NCBI RefSeq assembly: GCF_001194135.2
Contig: NC_068982.1
Coordinates: forward strand, 11,031,528-11,094,616
DNA: 63,089 bases
Origin: Octopus bimaculoides
Taxonomy: Eukaryota
Reading direction: 5' to 3'
The notes below the pieces were generated by a model, which worked only from the letters and a program-made list of their open reading frames with translations, was not told where the DNA came from and did not search any database. A program made the translations under genes and the position numbers. Numbering within the stretch: the stretch's first letter is position 1; each line of letters opens with the position of its first letter. Shown here piece by piece: positions 11,701-25,806 of this stretch.

Positions 11701-12562
11701 GTGTTCCCTTTTTCGCACCACTATAATGTTCCTTCACTTCCTCTAAGCCGGGAGCGTATGCATCCTCTTCCAACCCTACAATATACATCCCTTCTTCTTT
11801 AGTCTTACAGTGTACACCCTCTTCCCCTGGCCGTAGAATGTGTGCGTCAGTCTCCCATTCCCTCAAAGTGTGCACCTTTTTCAAAGCCCTACACTATGTG
11901 TCCCTCTCCAGTTGTTTATAACAACTTCCCCCAGCTATCATCATCTTTCTACTGATAAATGCAGTAGAAACAATTGTAATTATCTTTCAAACAAAATAAA
12001 ATCTATAGTCTCTATGATCACCAAATGAATCTGTCTTTTCGCAAAATTGAAAGTATTCCATACTAAATCTTTTGGCCAGTTATAAAACCATTCTGCATTC
12101 TTGTCTGCAAAGGCCAACCAACTTTTGTTCTTCATCCTGTATTCTAGTATGATCTTATCCTCTCGTTATTCCTAAGCTTTTGCTGTTTTAGTTGGATTAA
12201 GAAATTTTGTCTAAGCTGTTTAGAATTTGTATGACATCCTAAGATTTGTATCGCTCGAAGCGATAACAGTTTGCTTAATGTGTGACTCGGCCAGGACATC
12301 TTAATGCATTTAATAATAAAATATCCTATGTTCGATTAGCTGAAGATATTGACATTGCTCAAGAGTAATGCTTTCTTCATATTCCAATAGAAATTTCTGT
12401 TGCATCTAATATGGCTTAACAACCGTTAAAGTAAACCTATGAAAAATGAATGCTATGAATGTAGTCACGTAAATTTCGGGAACCAAGTCATTGGGGATAT
12501 TTTAGGCTAATAATTATTACAAACTGAGAGCAATGATGGTAAAAGAAATAACAAAAAATATA

Positions 12563-12837
12563 GTAGCGTGGAAGGTGTTTATAAGCCATTTAAAATAACA
12601 CACAAAATCCGTTAGATTCACTTCAACATTTAAATTTAATTTACCAAAATATTTTCGTCGCTTTGAGACCGCGACCTGTTCACTGACAAAATTCTGTGCA
12701 GCACAGAATTTTGTCAGTGAACAGGTCGCGATCTCAAAGCGACGAAAATATTTTGACAAATTAAATTTAAATGTTGAAGTGAATCTAACGGATTTTGTGT
12801 GTTATTTTAAACGGCTTATAAACACCTTCCACGCTGC
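12563..12837. repeat. 275-bp near-perfect inverted repeat (foldback), 1-nt spacer at 12700
   Basis: Arms of ~137 bp with only a few mismatches, centred on TCTGTGC-A-GCACAGA. Confidence 0.97.
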
Positions 12838-15235
12838 AATTGTTTTCGTTCCAGCACACGATCTCAGATCAGGTCACTTGCTATGCAAGTACATCTCCGT
12901 AAAAAATATAGTTTTTTTGAGAAAAGTGATCGAATAATATAAACAAGTCTTAAGGATTTACAAGGAGTGTGTCCTTTCTCAAGGTATTGATGTTAAATGA
13001 CACCAGACCGACTTAATCTTTCATCCTCTCAGATTGAAAAAAAAATTAAACCACGGAAATACCTGAAGTTGATTTTTTTTCTGTTTGTATTGTTCATTTA
13101 CATATCATTGGTCAAGATTTGATGTAATAAAGAAATATGACAACTTTGATATAATGGTTTCTGATTGAGGACGCAGCCAAGAGTTTTGAGAGGAAGTGTT
13201 AGGCGATCCCATCAGCCACAATACTTGATTGGTAATTTATTTTGTCGACCCTCGAAGAATATAAGGTAAAATTGACCTCGACGGAATTTGAACTTAGAAT
13301 AAATACGGAAATATATTTCCTCCGACTCTCTGACGGTTCCGGTGACTCGTAACCTTTACAAATTCAACATAACAACTAGATTACTTAAACATACTAATTT
13401 TATGCCGACATTATCCTGGGGTCTGAGAGTGCATCTTTTGCTGAATTTTGGAACGTATTTTGGAACCAGGACTTTTCATCTGAGGTTAAAATCCCTTTTA
13501 GCTTATTTCTATGTATGTATCCTGGTTTTGATTCCTCTTCTTTCATTGTTCTTTCTTTTTAAATATTGGTTTCAAATTTCGTCACAAGGCCAGCAAGTCA
13601 GGGTAAGGGTTAAGCCGAATACATCGACCCCCCCCCCCCACCGCTCAACTAGTACTTATTTTATCGACTCCAAAAGCATGAACAACAAAGTCGACCTCGG
13701 TGGAATTCGAACTTCGAACATAAAAACGGATGAAATACCGCAAAACATTTTGTCCGATACGCTAACAATTCTGCCGCCTTCTTTCTTTTAAATATTATCG
13801 ACACATTGCTTAACATCTTGCAATTTATGAATCAGTGCATTCATAACCAGTTATCTCATAAACTAGAAATAATTCACTTTAAGTAAATATATATGCTTAT
13901 ATCGTTATATAAACAATCTGGATTCCTGCTCCAAACTCCAGTTACTTCAAGTTTTAACCACTTTTTTACTAAACTAACTCGAAAGTAGTTACATTCTCGC
14001 ACATTCACAGAGAACCAAATACAATACCTTCTCATATATATTTTTTGCCTCAATATTTAATCTTATCGTTCATTCATTTACTGATTTCCATACGGACGTC
14101 TTCCATGTATGATTTGACAATTATTCATTAGATGTTACAACGAGCCACTAAGGTGGCATGTACGTACTTGCATGGCCTGCTAAAAATAGAAGTTAAATCT
14201 TCCTCAAATCACACGCTACTGACTTAAAAGTGGAAAAGATATAAAATTAATCCTATACATCTAAAAATACAAGATGGTCACGGCTGGAATGTCTTTGAGC
14301 ATAAATTAGTTTCGTCAGAATTGAAATGGAGCTAAACGACAAGAATAAGTGGTCAGATCCAATGCTGCCATTATTGATTTTAGCTCAAAATCAGACTTAT
14401 GATCAAAGGCTACATCTTATTTTTCATGCTTAATGTATTTAATATATTATCGACGTCTCTTTTTTTTAACTCGTTATGATGAGATTTAAGGGAGATTTGA
14501 TTATTATTTCCAGCAGCCATCTTATTTTTTTGTATGACGTTTTCGATATACAAACTTTATGCTTACCATACAATAAAGAATGTATTATAGGAAATATTTT
14601 CCCCTCTGGAAATATATTCTATACATATAATTCTATTTCCTGGGAAGTCGTATATGAGATGTTCTGGTAAGTCTTACCTTGTATACTATAGTTCTATTCA
14701 TCTCTTAACTTCTTTAAGCAGGAACAAAACTCTCTGCCAAAGAGCCATCTAGTTTATATTCTATTCAGATTAAGAATGTATTCCGATAATACTAGATCTA
14801 TTGGTTTCTTGGGAGTGCTTTCTTTTCCAACCAATGGTAGACATCAATCTTACAAAGAATATATTTCCTCTCATACATATAATTTAATAATATTTGCTAT
14901 AGATAAGAAGCTACGATCAAGCGGCTTCGTTGCATTCATTTTGCGGAAAATAGCACCGTCTTTTCTACTGATTTATTTCGAACCAACAGGTCCCTATGTG
15001 AGTACACTCTTTGCTAGAGATAACAACTAAATTTTTCTCAAATTGCACTCCACTATCTTTTATCTTTTACTTGTTTCAGTCATTAGACTGCGGCCATGTT
15101 GGAGCACCGCCTCGAGGAATTTTCAGTCGAATAAATTTACTCCAGTACTTATTTTTTTAAAGCTTAATAGTTATTGTATTGGTCTCTTAATCGCTAATTT
15201 ACGGGGACGTAAATGTGTATGTGTGTGTGTGTTGT

Positions 15236-15275
<40 letters not shown>

Positions 15276-16009
15276 CGATGGGCTTCTTTTACTTCCGTTT
15301 ACTAAATCCACTCACAAGGCTATATTAGAAGACACTTGCCCAAGATTTGACACGGTGGGGCTGAACCTCGAACCATGTGATTTGCAAGCAAACACCTTAC
15401 CACACACCTGTCCAAATGAAATTAAAAAAACACATTGGATTTGGTGTTCTGGACATTCCATCATATTTTTTGAGATGTTTTAATCATAAAATTGTTGCGA
15501 ATTTAGTATCCTTGCTTTAAAAACATCGACACCGTTTAAACTTCAAAATCAAGTTTAATAAAATTCTCATTTATTTATTGTATTACTATTTGCGTTGAAC
15601 CCCACTTTTGATTTAACACCCTATGATCCTTAATTATATAAGTGATAATCACTTATTTTATCTGATAAATTCAATACTCATACCACCTCATTTGGCTTAT
15701 TATCGAAGCTGTTACAAAGTAGATTACTTCTTTGGCAAAGTGTAAAACGTTTTTAAATTCCTATGCCATGGAAACCAGAACTTACCATATTTTATTTGAT
15801 TATTTGTTATGATATAGAAATTAAATATTCATTATCCATGATACAGGGTCTTTCGAAAAGTTTTAGATCATCTGAGATGTAAATATCTGAGGAACTACAT
15901 AATCTAGACAAATGAAAATAAACAGGCTTAACGTTGAGTGAAATAAGATTTATTGATCAAAAGGAAAAACATAAAACATTAAACATACCGATAAAATCTG
16001 ATACCATTT

Positions 16010-16450
16010 GAGCGAGAAGTAGCAGCATTTCGTCCGTCTTTGCGTTCTGAATTCAAATGCCGCCGGGTAGATTTTGCTATTCATAATTTCGAGGACGATA
16101 AATAAAAAGTACCAGTTGAACACTGGAGTTGATGTAATTGACTAACCTTTTTCTCCGAAGTTTTGCCAAAATTTGAAACTAATATATCAAACTTCTCCAT
16201 ATCTTAGTTTTCACTTACACAATTTAATCCTGAAACTATCGTTATATAATCAAAAACTTAATTATATCTCTCTTTCTATAAAATAGTTGAAATTGTATAT
16301 TTGGTTAGTCATGTTCAAATTCCGCCGAGGTCAACTTTACATTCCATCTTCTTGCGGCCGTTGAAATCAGTACCAGTCATGTACTGTGATCGATATAAAC
16401 AACTACCCCTACCCCTCTTCAAAAATTTGAGGCCTTGTGCCTGTAGCAGA
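16010..16450 (+). mobile_element. Two SINE family A copies (16010-16190, 16310-16450); other plus copies 18250-18380, 24975-25190, 57205-57400, 61900-62090, 62115-62310
   Basis: Family A consensus motifs. Confidence 0.8.
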
Positions 16451-17879
16451 AAAAATACATTTGGAAAAACATGAAGACTACAACCTCCCATTTGGTCTTA
16501 CCTACAAATCTGGGATCGTTTTTACAGTGCTGTTTATTCGAATTTAACGGTTAACGCTTCAAAAATCGATGTTACACATTTGTAATCAAGTCGATTGAGA
16601 ATAAATGCTACAATATTCTTAATTAACATTGGTCATTAAATACAAGAATACCAGCACAAAAATATATGCATAAAATTTAACTTGGATATAGCTAAGTTCG
16701 CTTATTTTTCAACATTGTGTCTGCAACGTTCCTGCTTTTTAGATTTACTGCAAACAAATTAATTGTTCATTAAAAAGGAAAATCTGTGCTTAATTCTAAA
16801 GTTTAAAAACATTTAGCGCTNNNNNNNNNNNNNNNNNNNNNNNNNNNNNNNNNNNNNNNNNNNNNNNNNNNNNNNNNNNNNNNNNNNNNNNNNNNNNNNN
16901 NNNNNNNNNNNNNNNNNNNNNNNNNNNNNNNNNNNNNNNNNNNNNNNNNNNNNNNNNNNNNNNNNNNNNNNNNNNNNNNNNNNNNNNNNNNNNNNNNNNN
17001 NNNNNNNNNNNNNNNNNNNNNNNNNNNNNNNNNNNNNNNNNNNNNNNNNNNNNNNNNNNNNNNNNNNNNNNNNNNNNNNNNNNNNNNNNNNNNNNNNNNN
17101 NNNNNNNNNNNNNNNNNNNNNNNNNNNNNNNNNNNNNNNNNNNNNNNNNNNNNNNNNNNNNNNNNNNNNNNNNNNNNNNNNNNNNNNNNNNNNNNNNNNN
17201 NNNNNNNNNNNNNNNNNNNNNNNNNNNNNNNNNNNNNNNNNNNNNNNNNNNNNNNNNNNNNNNNNNNNNNNNNNNNNNNNNNNNNNNNNNNNNNNNNNNN
17301 NNNNNNNNNNNNNNNNNNNNNNNNNNNNNNNNNNNNNNNNNNNNNNNNNNNNNNNNNNNNNNNNNNNNNNNNNNNNNNNNNNNNNNNNNNNNNNNNNNNN
17401 NNNNNNNNNNNNNNNNNNNNNNNNNNNNNNNNNNNNNNNNNNNNNNNNNNNNNNNNNNNNNNNNNNNNNNNNNNNNNNNNNNNNNNNNNNNNNNNNNNNN
17501 NNNNNNNNNNNNNNNNNNNNNNNNNNNNNNNNNNNNNNNNNNNNNNNNNNNNNNNNNNNNNNNNNNNNNNNNNNNNNNNNNNNNNNNNNNNNNNNNNNNN
17601 NNNNNNNNNNNNNNNNNNNNNNNNNNNNNNNNNNNNNNNNNNTATATATATATATATTGTGTAATTACAAGTTTAACTATTAACATAAATGGAGAATAAT
17701 TTTATTCTGTGTTTATATGTATGAAAAATTAAAAAATAATGACGATACGTTTTCACAGGGTAAATGTGTATGTATCATGCATATATATATAGATATATAT
17801 ACATACATATACATATATATATGTGTGTGTGTGTGTTTTGAGGTAACTTCTCAAAGTAGATATCAACCAAATTTCACTC

Positions 17880-17925
17880 TCTCTCCATTTTTCTCTCTTT
17901 CACTCTCTCTCTCTATCGCTCTTTG

Positions 17926-17962
<37 letters not shown>

Positions 17963-18696
17963 TCTCTATCTATCTATCTCTATCTCTCCCTCTGGTACAT
18001 CCGAAGCTATAATTGAAGAAGACACTTGCTGAAGGTGTTGTGCATTGTGATCAAACCCACGGGGTCGTGAAAGGAACTTCTTGGTACAGAGACATATCTG
18101 TGCCAATGCAAAGAGAGGATTCAAGAATCAATTGCATGAACCAAATGTTGTTACAGGAACCAGCTGACTGCCTGATACCGAATGAAGTCTACCACGAAGC
18201 GGAAAATTGTGAAAGAGTTGTTCATGAGTCGGGTAGATCACTTCACAACATTTTTCCAGTTCTCTGTGCTCTGCGTTCAAATTCCGCCCAGACCAATTTT
18301 GTATTTCATCCCTTCAAGGTGCATAAAAGACGAAACGAATGAAGTACTCGGGAAGAGTTGACTCTATCTCTCTTTCTCACTCTCTCTCCCTCCCTCTCGC
18401 TCTCTTACTCTCCCTGTGTATCTCTCTCTCTGTTTCTCTTTCTCCCTCTTTCTCCCTCTTTCTCTCTCCCCCTTGCTCTCTCTCACTTCCTCTCACTCTC
18501 TCTTTCTCTTTCTCTTTCGCTCTTTCTCCCTCCCTCTTTCTCTCTCTCCTACTCTCCCCCTGTGCGTGTGTGTCTCTCTTTGTTTCTCTTTCTCCCTCCT
18601 TCACTCTCCTACTCTCCCTCTGTGTGTGTGTATCTCTCTTTGTTTCTCTTTCTCCCTCTTTCTCTCTCTCCCCTTGTTCTCTCGTTCTTGCTCTCA

Positions 18697-18725
<29 letters not shown>
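17880..18725. repeat. (CT)-rich polypyrimidine tracts with a ~60-bp higher-order unit at 18400-18680
   Basis: Unit CTCCTACTCTCCC..TGTG..TCTCTCTTTGTTTCTCTTTCTCCCTC repeated about 3 times. Confidence 0.9.
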
Positions 18726-18727
<2 letters not shown>

Positions 18728-20954
18728 AACCAGCTACCCAAAGTTGCCAAGGAATTCTTTAATCTTTTAGCCACCACTCTATCAACCCGGCAAGCAAACG
18801 CAACCGTCTGCCTTCCTCTTAGAAATGATTCTGGACAGCACCAAAAATGTAAATACAATGACTAAAAAATATACTTGCAAATCTAAAACTCTGCTTTATG
18901 AATTTTCTAATTCAGAGTTACAAAAAATGATAACAAATATGTAATTTGACACAATTCAACATAGTAGGTTTTATTTTTAGACTGCAAAACTTTTACATAT
19001 GTAATTCCATTTTTATTATCTTACATTGACAGTGGTGAACAATAGCACCATTGATTCCAGGTTTCCAGTTACTCAATCATTGATTCAGTTGTATTTTTGA
19101 CGGTGAACGTGACAAAAGTATTTATGCAACGCGGTGAAGAACAAGTCTCGTAAGAGACTTCGTTTGAGAGTCACTGGATTTTTTGTTTTCCCGCTGGTGT
19201 TTGCATCCTATGCACCTGCGAAAGTTCCATGTACGAAAACACACATACATATATGTACATATTTTCTATTTTCTCTCCCTGTTTATTTTTGTGTTCCTTT
19301 CTGTCGAATAACGTAGGCTCGAAAGGTAAAAGATTTTCTCACTTCCCGAGCGTTAAATTAATACATCTGTTTCTTGTTTACACACCCGTCTTCGTCTTGT
19401 TTTTTTGTAAATTCTCACTACATATATATATATAAATGTGTGTGTGTGTGTGTGTGTGTGTGGTATGGAATTGGGAAGACCATGGTTTGAATGAGTACTC
19501 GATACACATGTTAGAAAGAGACGATGTGCTTTTTAGTCGTAAAAGGACTTACGGGGAACTCATCGGTTTCAGCGTATCTAGGGACATTTATGTACATATG
19601 TGTGTGTGAGAGAGAGAGAGGGGGAGATAAAGAGAAAGAGAGAGGGAGCCAGTCAGATAGATAGACAGACAGACAGAGATCATTTCGATGGGTTTTCACA
19701 GTTCCATGCTACAATTCTCAACTCAAAAATTGAGACTACAAAAGAAAGCATTTTACTCATAGTGCCGTCCAGAACATAGCGCAGAACCATGTGGAGCCAA
19801 GCAAACTTTGTAACCACAGAGAAATTCCTGTGTCCTGACAATACGAAAAATTCACAAAGATTCAATTAGAAACAGTTTTCTTACTAAACATCGAATTAGG
19901 AATTTATCAATTGCTGATTTGTTTCATTTACAAGTTCGAACAATTTCGCTAATATATATGTGTGCGTGTGCACGCGCGCGTCTTTATACGTGTTGATATT
20001 TGAAAACTCATTGGGTCTTTATAGCAACATCCAATTACATAGCAAAACCTCTAAGAGATAATTTCGGTGCAATTCTAAATTAATAAGTCAATTTTCCAAC
20101 ATAAATAAAAATGCTCGATCAAAGCAATTTATTGGAAATAGAATATCGTCTGTTGTCTTTGCCTCGAGAATAGAAAAATGATGGGCGTTTTAATGGAAGT
20201 GCCCTAAGCGCTGCTGCTGATTGTCACTGCACTGAAAGCTGATAAAATGTTACGTTGTATGATTATAAAATGATTAAGCCTATTTAATTGTATGTAAGCC
20301 GAACCAATATAGCAAGTAATTAAAGACACAGTTGCACATATGGCTAATATTATATTTTCAGAGAAATAAGATTGGCCTCTAACCTATATTAGCGTTCCAG
20401 CATTGATAGTATGAGATTACTGAAACTGATGGGGGTTTTTTGTGTTGATCTCAATAGCAGTAGTTGAATAATTAAGGACGTACGGAAGATACGGCAGGTC
20501 AAATGAAATAAAATGTGCGATAAATGATTACCACATTGTAAAGATAATCTTCTGTCTAAATTAAGAAGTTTATAACAAAGTTCAGAAATAAGGTAATGAA
20601 TAATATATATATATATATATACGTGTGTATATATATATGTGTATGTACGATATATAAATCTAACCAGTTCAATGACAACTAATTTCAAAGCGTTTGAATA
20701 AGAATTCATCATCATAGTCAACATCACCATCATTGTTATTGTTCGATAGTTTCAGGTTCCTACAGCATCGCTTTCTATTGCATCACCTGCTTTATCTCCG
20801 TGTTCCTGAAGAGTGTGCAGCATTGTGTGTGTTCTTGTTTCGTTGGTGTTGTTATTGTATTTGCATCAGTTTGTTATGTTATGAGATTTCGCTTGAGTCG
20901 CTTGTTTTGTTAGTGTTTGTATTGCGTGCTGTGTGTATAATATGCGTTGTGTTA

Positions 20955-21382
20955 ATGGCAACGAGCTGGCAGAAACGTTAGCGCGCCCGGCGAAATGCTT
21001 CGCTGCATTTCGTCAGCCGCTACGTTCTGAGTTCAAATTCCGCCGAGGTCGACTTTGCCTTTCATCCTTTCGGGGTCGATAAAGTAAGCACCAGTTACGC
21101 ACTGGGGTCGATGTAATCGACTTAATCCCTTTGTCTGTTCTTGTTTGTCCCCTCTATATTTAGCCCCTTGTGGGCAATAAAGAAATAAGAAAGGTTAGCG
21201 CGCCGGGCAAAATGCTTAGCGGTATTTCATGTGTCTTTACGTTCTGAGTTCAAATTCCGCCTAAGTCGACTTTGATTTTCATCTTTCGGGGTCGATAAAA
21301 TAAGTACCAGTTGATCACTGGGTCGATGTAATCTATTTATTCCCTCCCCCGAAATTACTGGCCTTGTGCCAAAACTTGAAAC

Positions 21383-21419
<37 letters not shown>

Positions 21420-22375
21420 GAGTGAGAAAGCAGTGTATGCCATCAAAGTGACACCCGGGTAAAATATACGAAGCCAAATATACCCATCATGACTACCTGT
21501 CTGATAAAGGTACACCGGACACATGCATCACAACCATATGTGCGCGACATGGTGATCTCATATCAAGATAAACAGCGCATCACCTTGAAGGTGGGACCCA
21601 GTTAGAATTTTCTTCAGGTCAAGTAGCCCATCCCGCTCAAAATTTTCCAGAATAATGTTTGTTTTAAGTATGATGAACAAAACACCCATGTTTTCAGGGA
21701 TGAATTCTTCAAACCCCAAAGAATTCCTCTCAGCACATGGCTATGATGCTCCCCCACTACTTCTGCTCGTGATCAGAGATGCACATATCCTCAGCTACTA
21801 AGAGACATGCTCAACTGGTTAAGGTCAAGCAACTGACAAGCAAATCTGTGGTATTGAGCAGAATATATGCTGTAGCCCAGCTTTTATACCAAGACAAAAC
21901 GATGTACATGATAACGCTTCCAATCAGTTAAGATCAGAAGCCATGAGAGCCACTGCCTGGTACCGCATCATTATTGTTGTTGTTGTTGTTATTATTACTG
22001 CTGTTGTTATTATTATTATTTCCGCCTAGGCCGACTTTGTCTTTCATCCTTCCAGGGTCGATAAAATAAGTAACGGTTGAGTACTGGGTCGGACGTAATC
22101 GACTTACCCCACTCTCCTAAAATCGCTGGCCTTGTGTCAAAACATGAAACTGTTATTATTACGATAAAGTGGTGAGTAAGACGGATCCTTAGAATGTGGG
22201 ACAAAATACCTGGTGGTGTTTCTTCCGGATCTTTACGATCTGAGCTCAATTCCTGTTGGAATCAACTTAGAGTCGATAAAATTAAGTACCTATCAAGCAC
22301 TTGGTCAATAATATCAACTATTTCCTCTCCCCACAAAATTACAGGCCTTGTGTCTAGAATAGAAAGATTTATTAT
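20955..22375 (+). mobile_element. Head-to-tail cluster of four family A SINEs (20955-21185, 21190-21385, 22018-22160, 22165-22375)
   Basis: All in the same orientation; consensus motifs in each. Confidence 0.85.
21420..21970. mobile_element. ~550-bp element embedded in (ATT)n tracts; possible Dong/R4-related non-autonomous or 3' UTR piece
   Basis: Higher-GC block bounded on both sides by ATT/GTT microsatellite; the class is inferred only from known (TAA)n targeting by Dong/R4. Confidence 0.5.
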
Positions 22376-22432
22376 TATTGCCTTCATCATTATTAGTATT
22401 ACGTTTTTAGCTACTCTACGTATTTCTTTTAG

Positions 22433-22524
22433 CTCTACCAAATGGTGGATTTTTACCTAATGAAACTAGATGGAAAGACATTTTTAAAGAGGAACTTCCA
22501 GATAGAGAGACAATGCAAATTTAA
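22433..22524 (+). CDS. Candidate terminal exon, product unknown (xLPNGGFLPNETRWKDIFKEELPDRETMQI*)
   Basis: Strong acceptor TATTTCTTTTAG; two frames are open for ~30 codons; no homology recognised. Confidence 0.2.
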
Positions 22525-24199
22525 TTGATTGCATTAATTCTTACGCGTTTGGATTTTTTTTTAAATAACAAAAAATACTTCAATTTGCGACAGAGTAATT
22601 TTTCTCTTCTGGTAGTCGTAAACAAACAAAGCAGTATTTAAAAGCATCAAAAAAATTTCGCATGAAGACAAGTCTGTTTTTTTGCAGACAACAGACAGAA
22701 GCAAAAAGAAAAATGTATTTATGTTGCAAGTAACAAATAAGAATTTCCTGGCATAAAACAATTCTGAAGATTTTTAAAGATTCGATTAATGATAACAAGA
22801 GCGGCATTAGACCCCCGCGTAAATTTCGAGAGAGTGAATCCTAAGTCTGGATTATCCTTCGGAGAAAAAGTCTGCTTGGAAAAGCTGCGTGATAAAGTAC
22901 GATGGACCAATACCTTTGCCCCTTATTGAACAACGTTAAAGAGAAAATAATTTACCTCTGCATAGATATTATGATTTTTATCACGCTTAGCAAAGAGTAA
23001 TTACCAGAGATTTTGATAAACGTATGGAATAGCATATGCTCAGTCGCTTGAGACAGATACAATGGAACAATATGCGTAATTATTCAAAGCAAAAGATAGA
23101 ATTTAAGAAAAAAAGACAGACATAGCTAGTGCGTTACACAACTGCCTACAAACCAGTGTCACAATACTGATGGAGAGCAGACACCACAAGAGTCAAAGTA
23201 AGAGATATTTATTAGTGACGACATTCATCTTTGGTGTGTCTTCATTTTTCTGATGCAAAAACGGGCAGATTGTAAACGTCGAAACAGACAAACCAACATA
23301 TGATTGGATGGAGACCATAGAGAAATTGCGGAACTGTTCCCTGTTGAGAGTACAGGAAAATGCAATGAGATAAATGATACGGAGTAGATATCCTATGAAG
23401 GGATGCTGAAAACTTCTTGGCTTTGAGCAAAAGAAAATACAGGAGGATCAGTTAATTATGATTTTATTCAACACATTTCCCTCTCAAATTCACACACTTA
23501 TTGCAGCGGTCCTTCAGCTTTTCTAAGCCCTGTAAAAGAACTCAGATGGTTGGGCGTCCAACCAGGCCTTTCGCGACACCCTTAAAGCCAGGAACATATT
23601 ACGCTTATATCAATAAGATCCTCTTGAGGGTTTCCTGCCCTGAGTAACTAGAAAACAGAGACAGTAACGGAACCAATAGATGTTGCATATATTATCTTAT
23701 TCAGCCTTATGATAATGACATAGCGTCTGTTTTATAAATTACAAGTTTCTCAGGTTGCAGGTTGTATTTTTTATTGTTGAGAATTTCTTACTTTGGTCCA
23801 TTGAAAGATATTCTGTTCTTTGCCATTATTGAATTATTTCTGTCTTTAGATTGTTATGGTTTCCTATTCTTAATTTTTCTTTCATTTCTCTTCATTTATA
23901 GTTTTGTTCAAGTTATTTTTTGTTAGTTATACTCTGTAGATGTTCTAAGATTTCGGTCTGTTTGGTTTTGTACTTACTAGTTCTATCTGCGTTATTTACT
24001 TTCTCAATGGTATTTCTGTGAGTCCATTTTTTTTTTCTGTTTTGTTACTTTGGTTTTATAGTCTTTCTTTCTTCCTTTTAAATCTTCTATTTACGTTAAT
24101 GATATTTCTTTCATTTTGAGAGCATATCTTTTTTAAGTTTACTATTCTTCTGAGGCTTTGTGTTACATTTAAATTCAAATTTCATACAAGTACATTGTC

Positions 24200-24600
24200 G
24201 TAGTTTAGGGGGCGGTCGAAAGTCGCCAAACAGAAACATATTTCCCTCGAATCCATTCATGAATTTTCTATTTGTTTTATTTGCAAGACTTGAAGAATAA
24301 ATTCCGGCGCTTTGTTAAGATTGATATCATATTTGTCCAGATACCGACTTATATGCTTTGGGCGATGTCAAGTTCTGCACGCATGCGCCATTTATCATTC
24401 AAAGCGCTCGTTCCCCCTTTTCTTCACTTTAAGTTGAACGATACGTTATATATTTGTATAATGTGTAATTGTTTTATACTGTGGTGAAGAACGGAATCAA
24501 TTTACACGTGGTGTTAGATTGAATATCATGAACGTGTGTGTTACATTAATCATTCGTGGTTATCAGCAATAAATTTTACAAGTGCTGCGCACGCAGTTTT
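24200..24600. promoter_or_regulatory. Promoter-like motif cluster
   Basis: GC box GGGGGCGG 24208-24215, NRF1-like ACGCATGCGC 24379-24388 and CTGCGCACGCAG 24585-24596, E-box CACGTG 24505-24510. Confidence 0.35.
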
Positions 24601-25657
24601 CCTTCAATATTTTCGATATTTATTTCTATTTAATGATGTTTTTCAATTACTGGATATTTTCCTGGGCAGTCAAGCAATTTGTTCATGATAAATGTCAAGT
24701 ACTGGGGGTGGTTATGATTGACTAACACCTTCCACTAAATTCATTATAGCCATGTACCTACAGTAGAGAGTTGATGTCCATAGATCAGCGAGGAAAGAGC
24801 GATTAGAAGAATTGATGAGGTTTCTTCACTCTGAGGAGAAAAGAGCCTTAACAGGTCAACTTTGGATCCCTTCCAGCTTTGGATCCTTTTACGATAACTC
24901 AAATAAATAGCATCTAAGTATTTTTTTGTCAATCAACTTGACTACATCCGCAACCAAACTGGATAACTTTATAAGGCGGCGAGCTGGCAGAAAAGTTAGC
25001 ACGCCGGGAAAAATGCTTCGCGACATTTCATCCGTCCTTACGTTCTGAGTTCAAATGCCACCGGGGTCGACTTTGCCTTTCATCCTTCGGGGTCGATAAA
25101 ATAAGTGCCAGTTGAGGACCGGGTTCGATATAATCAACATATGCCCTCTCCGAATTTGCTGACCTGGAACCAAAATTTTAAACCATTATTGTAGTTGTTG
25201 CTGTTATACGTTAATTGTTATTCTCTGCAGTCTTGCCAATCAGTATTTTTTCTGACATTCTCACCTTATCAAAGAAATCTGTTATTTCCAACAGAACTGA
25301 GACATTATCATTCATCAAATTATGAGTTGTTCTTTATTATAAATATCTTTTAATAGAGAATATTTTTACTTATTTCAGAGAACAAGATATGAAAGTCGAG
25401 TTTATTACCCATTTTCCAAAATCAAGGCAACAAAATCAGGATAAATCAAGCGAAACATGTATGAGAATTGAAACAGAGACACGTACTTAGCTCGAAGAGC
25501 GAGCGCTTAACAAAAGGGGGATCACGTGTTCTATTTCATATTGTTTATTTTTATTTTCAAAATCAATATCACTTTCTAAGTATTTGAAAGACTTTTATTA
25601 TTTTACTGAAAGTCGAAAGTGAATAACTGTGTGTTACATGAAGAGACACATCAATGT

Positions 25658-25665
25658 ATCCCCAA

Positions 25666-25729
<64 letters not shown>

Positions 25730-25763
25730 TAACAACAACAACAACAACAACAACAACAATAAC

Positions 25764-25805
<42 letters not shown>
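25658..25805. repeat. (AAT)n(AAC)n(AAT)n microsatellite
   Basis: Direct reading. Confidence 0.97.

Positions 25806-25806
<1 letters not shown>

Noticed and set aside
12040-12400. Possible LINE RT C-terminal remnant (SAKANQLLFFI)
   Set aside because: Single weak motif
14902-14996. Plus-strand candidate exon DKKLRSSGFVAFILRK...GPY with GTGAGT donor
   Set aside because: Isolated, no recognisable homology or phase-linked partner; expected by chance
18760-18862. Minus-strand TM-like peptide IVFTFLVLSRIISKRKADG
   Set aside because: Short, and hydrophobicity is expected from T-rich DNA
23700-24170. A-rich minus strand resembling a Dong/R4 or L1 ORF remnant
   Set aside because: No diagnostic motif could be read
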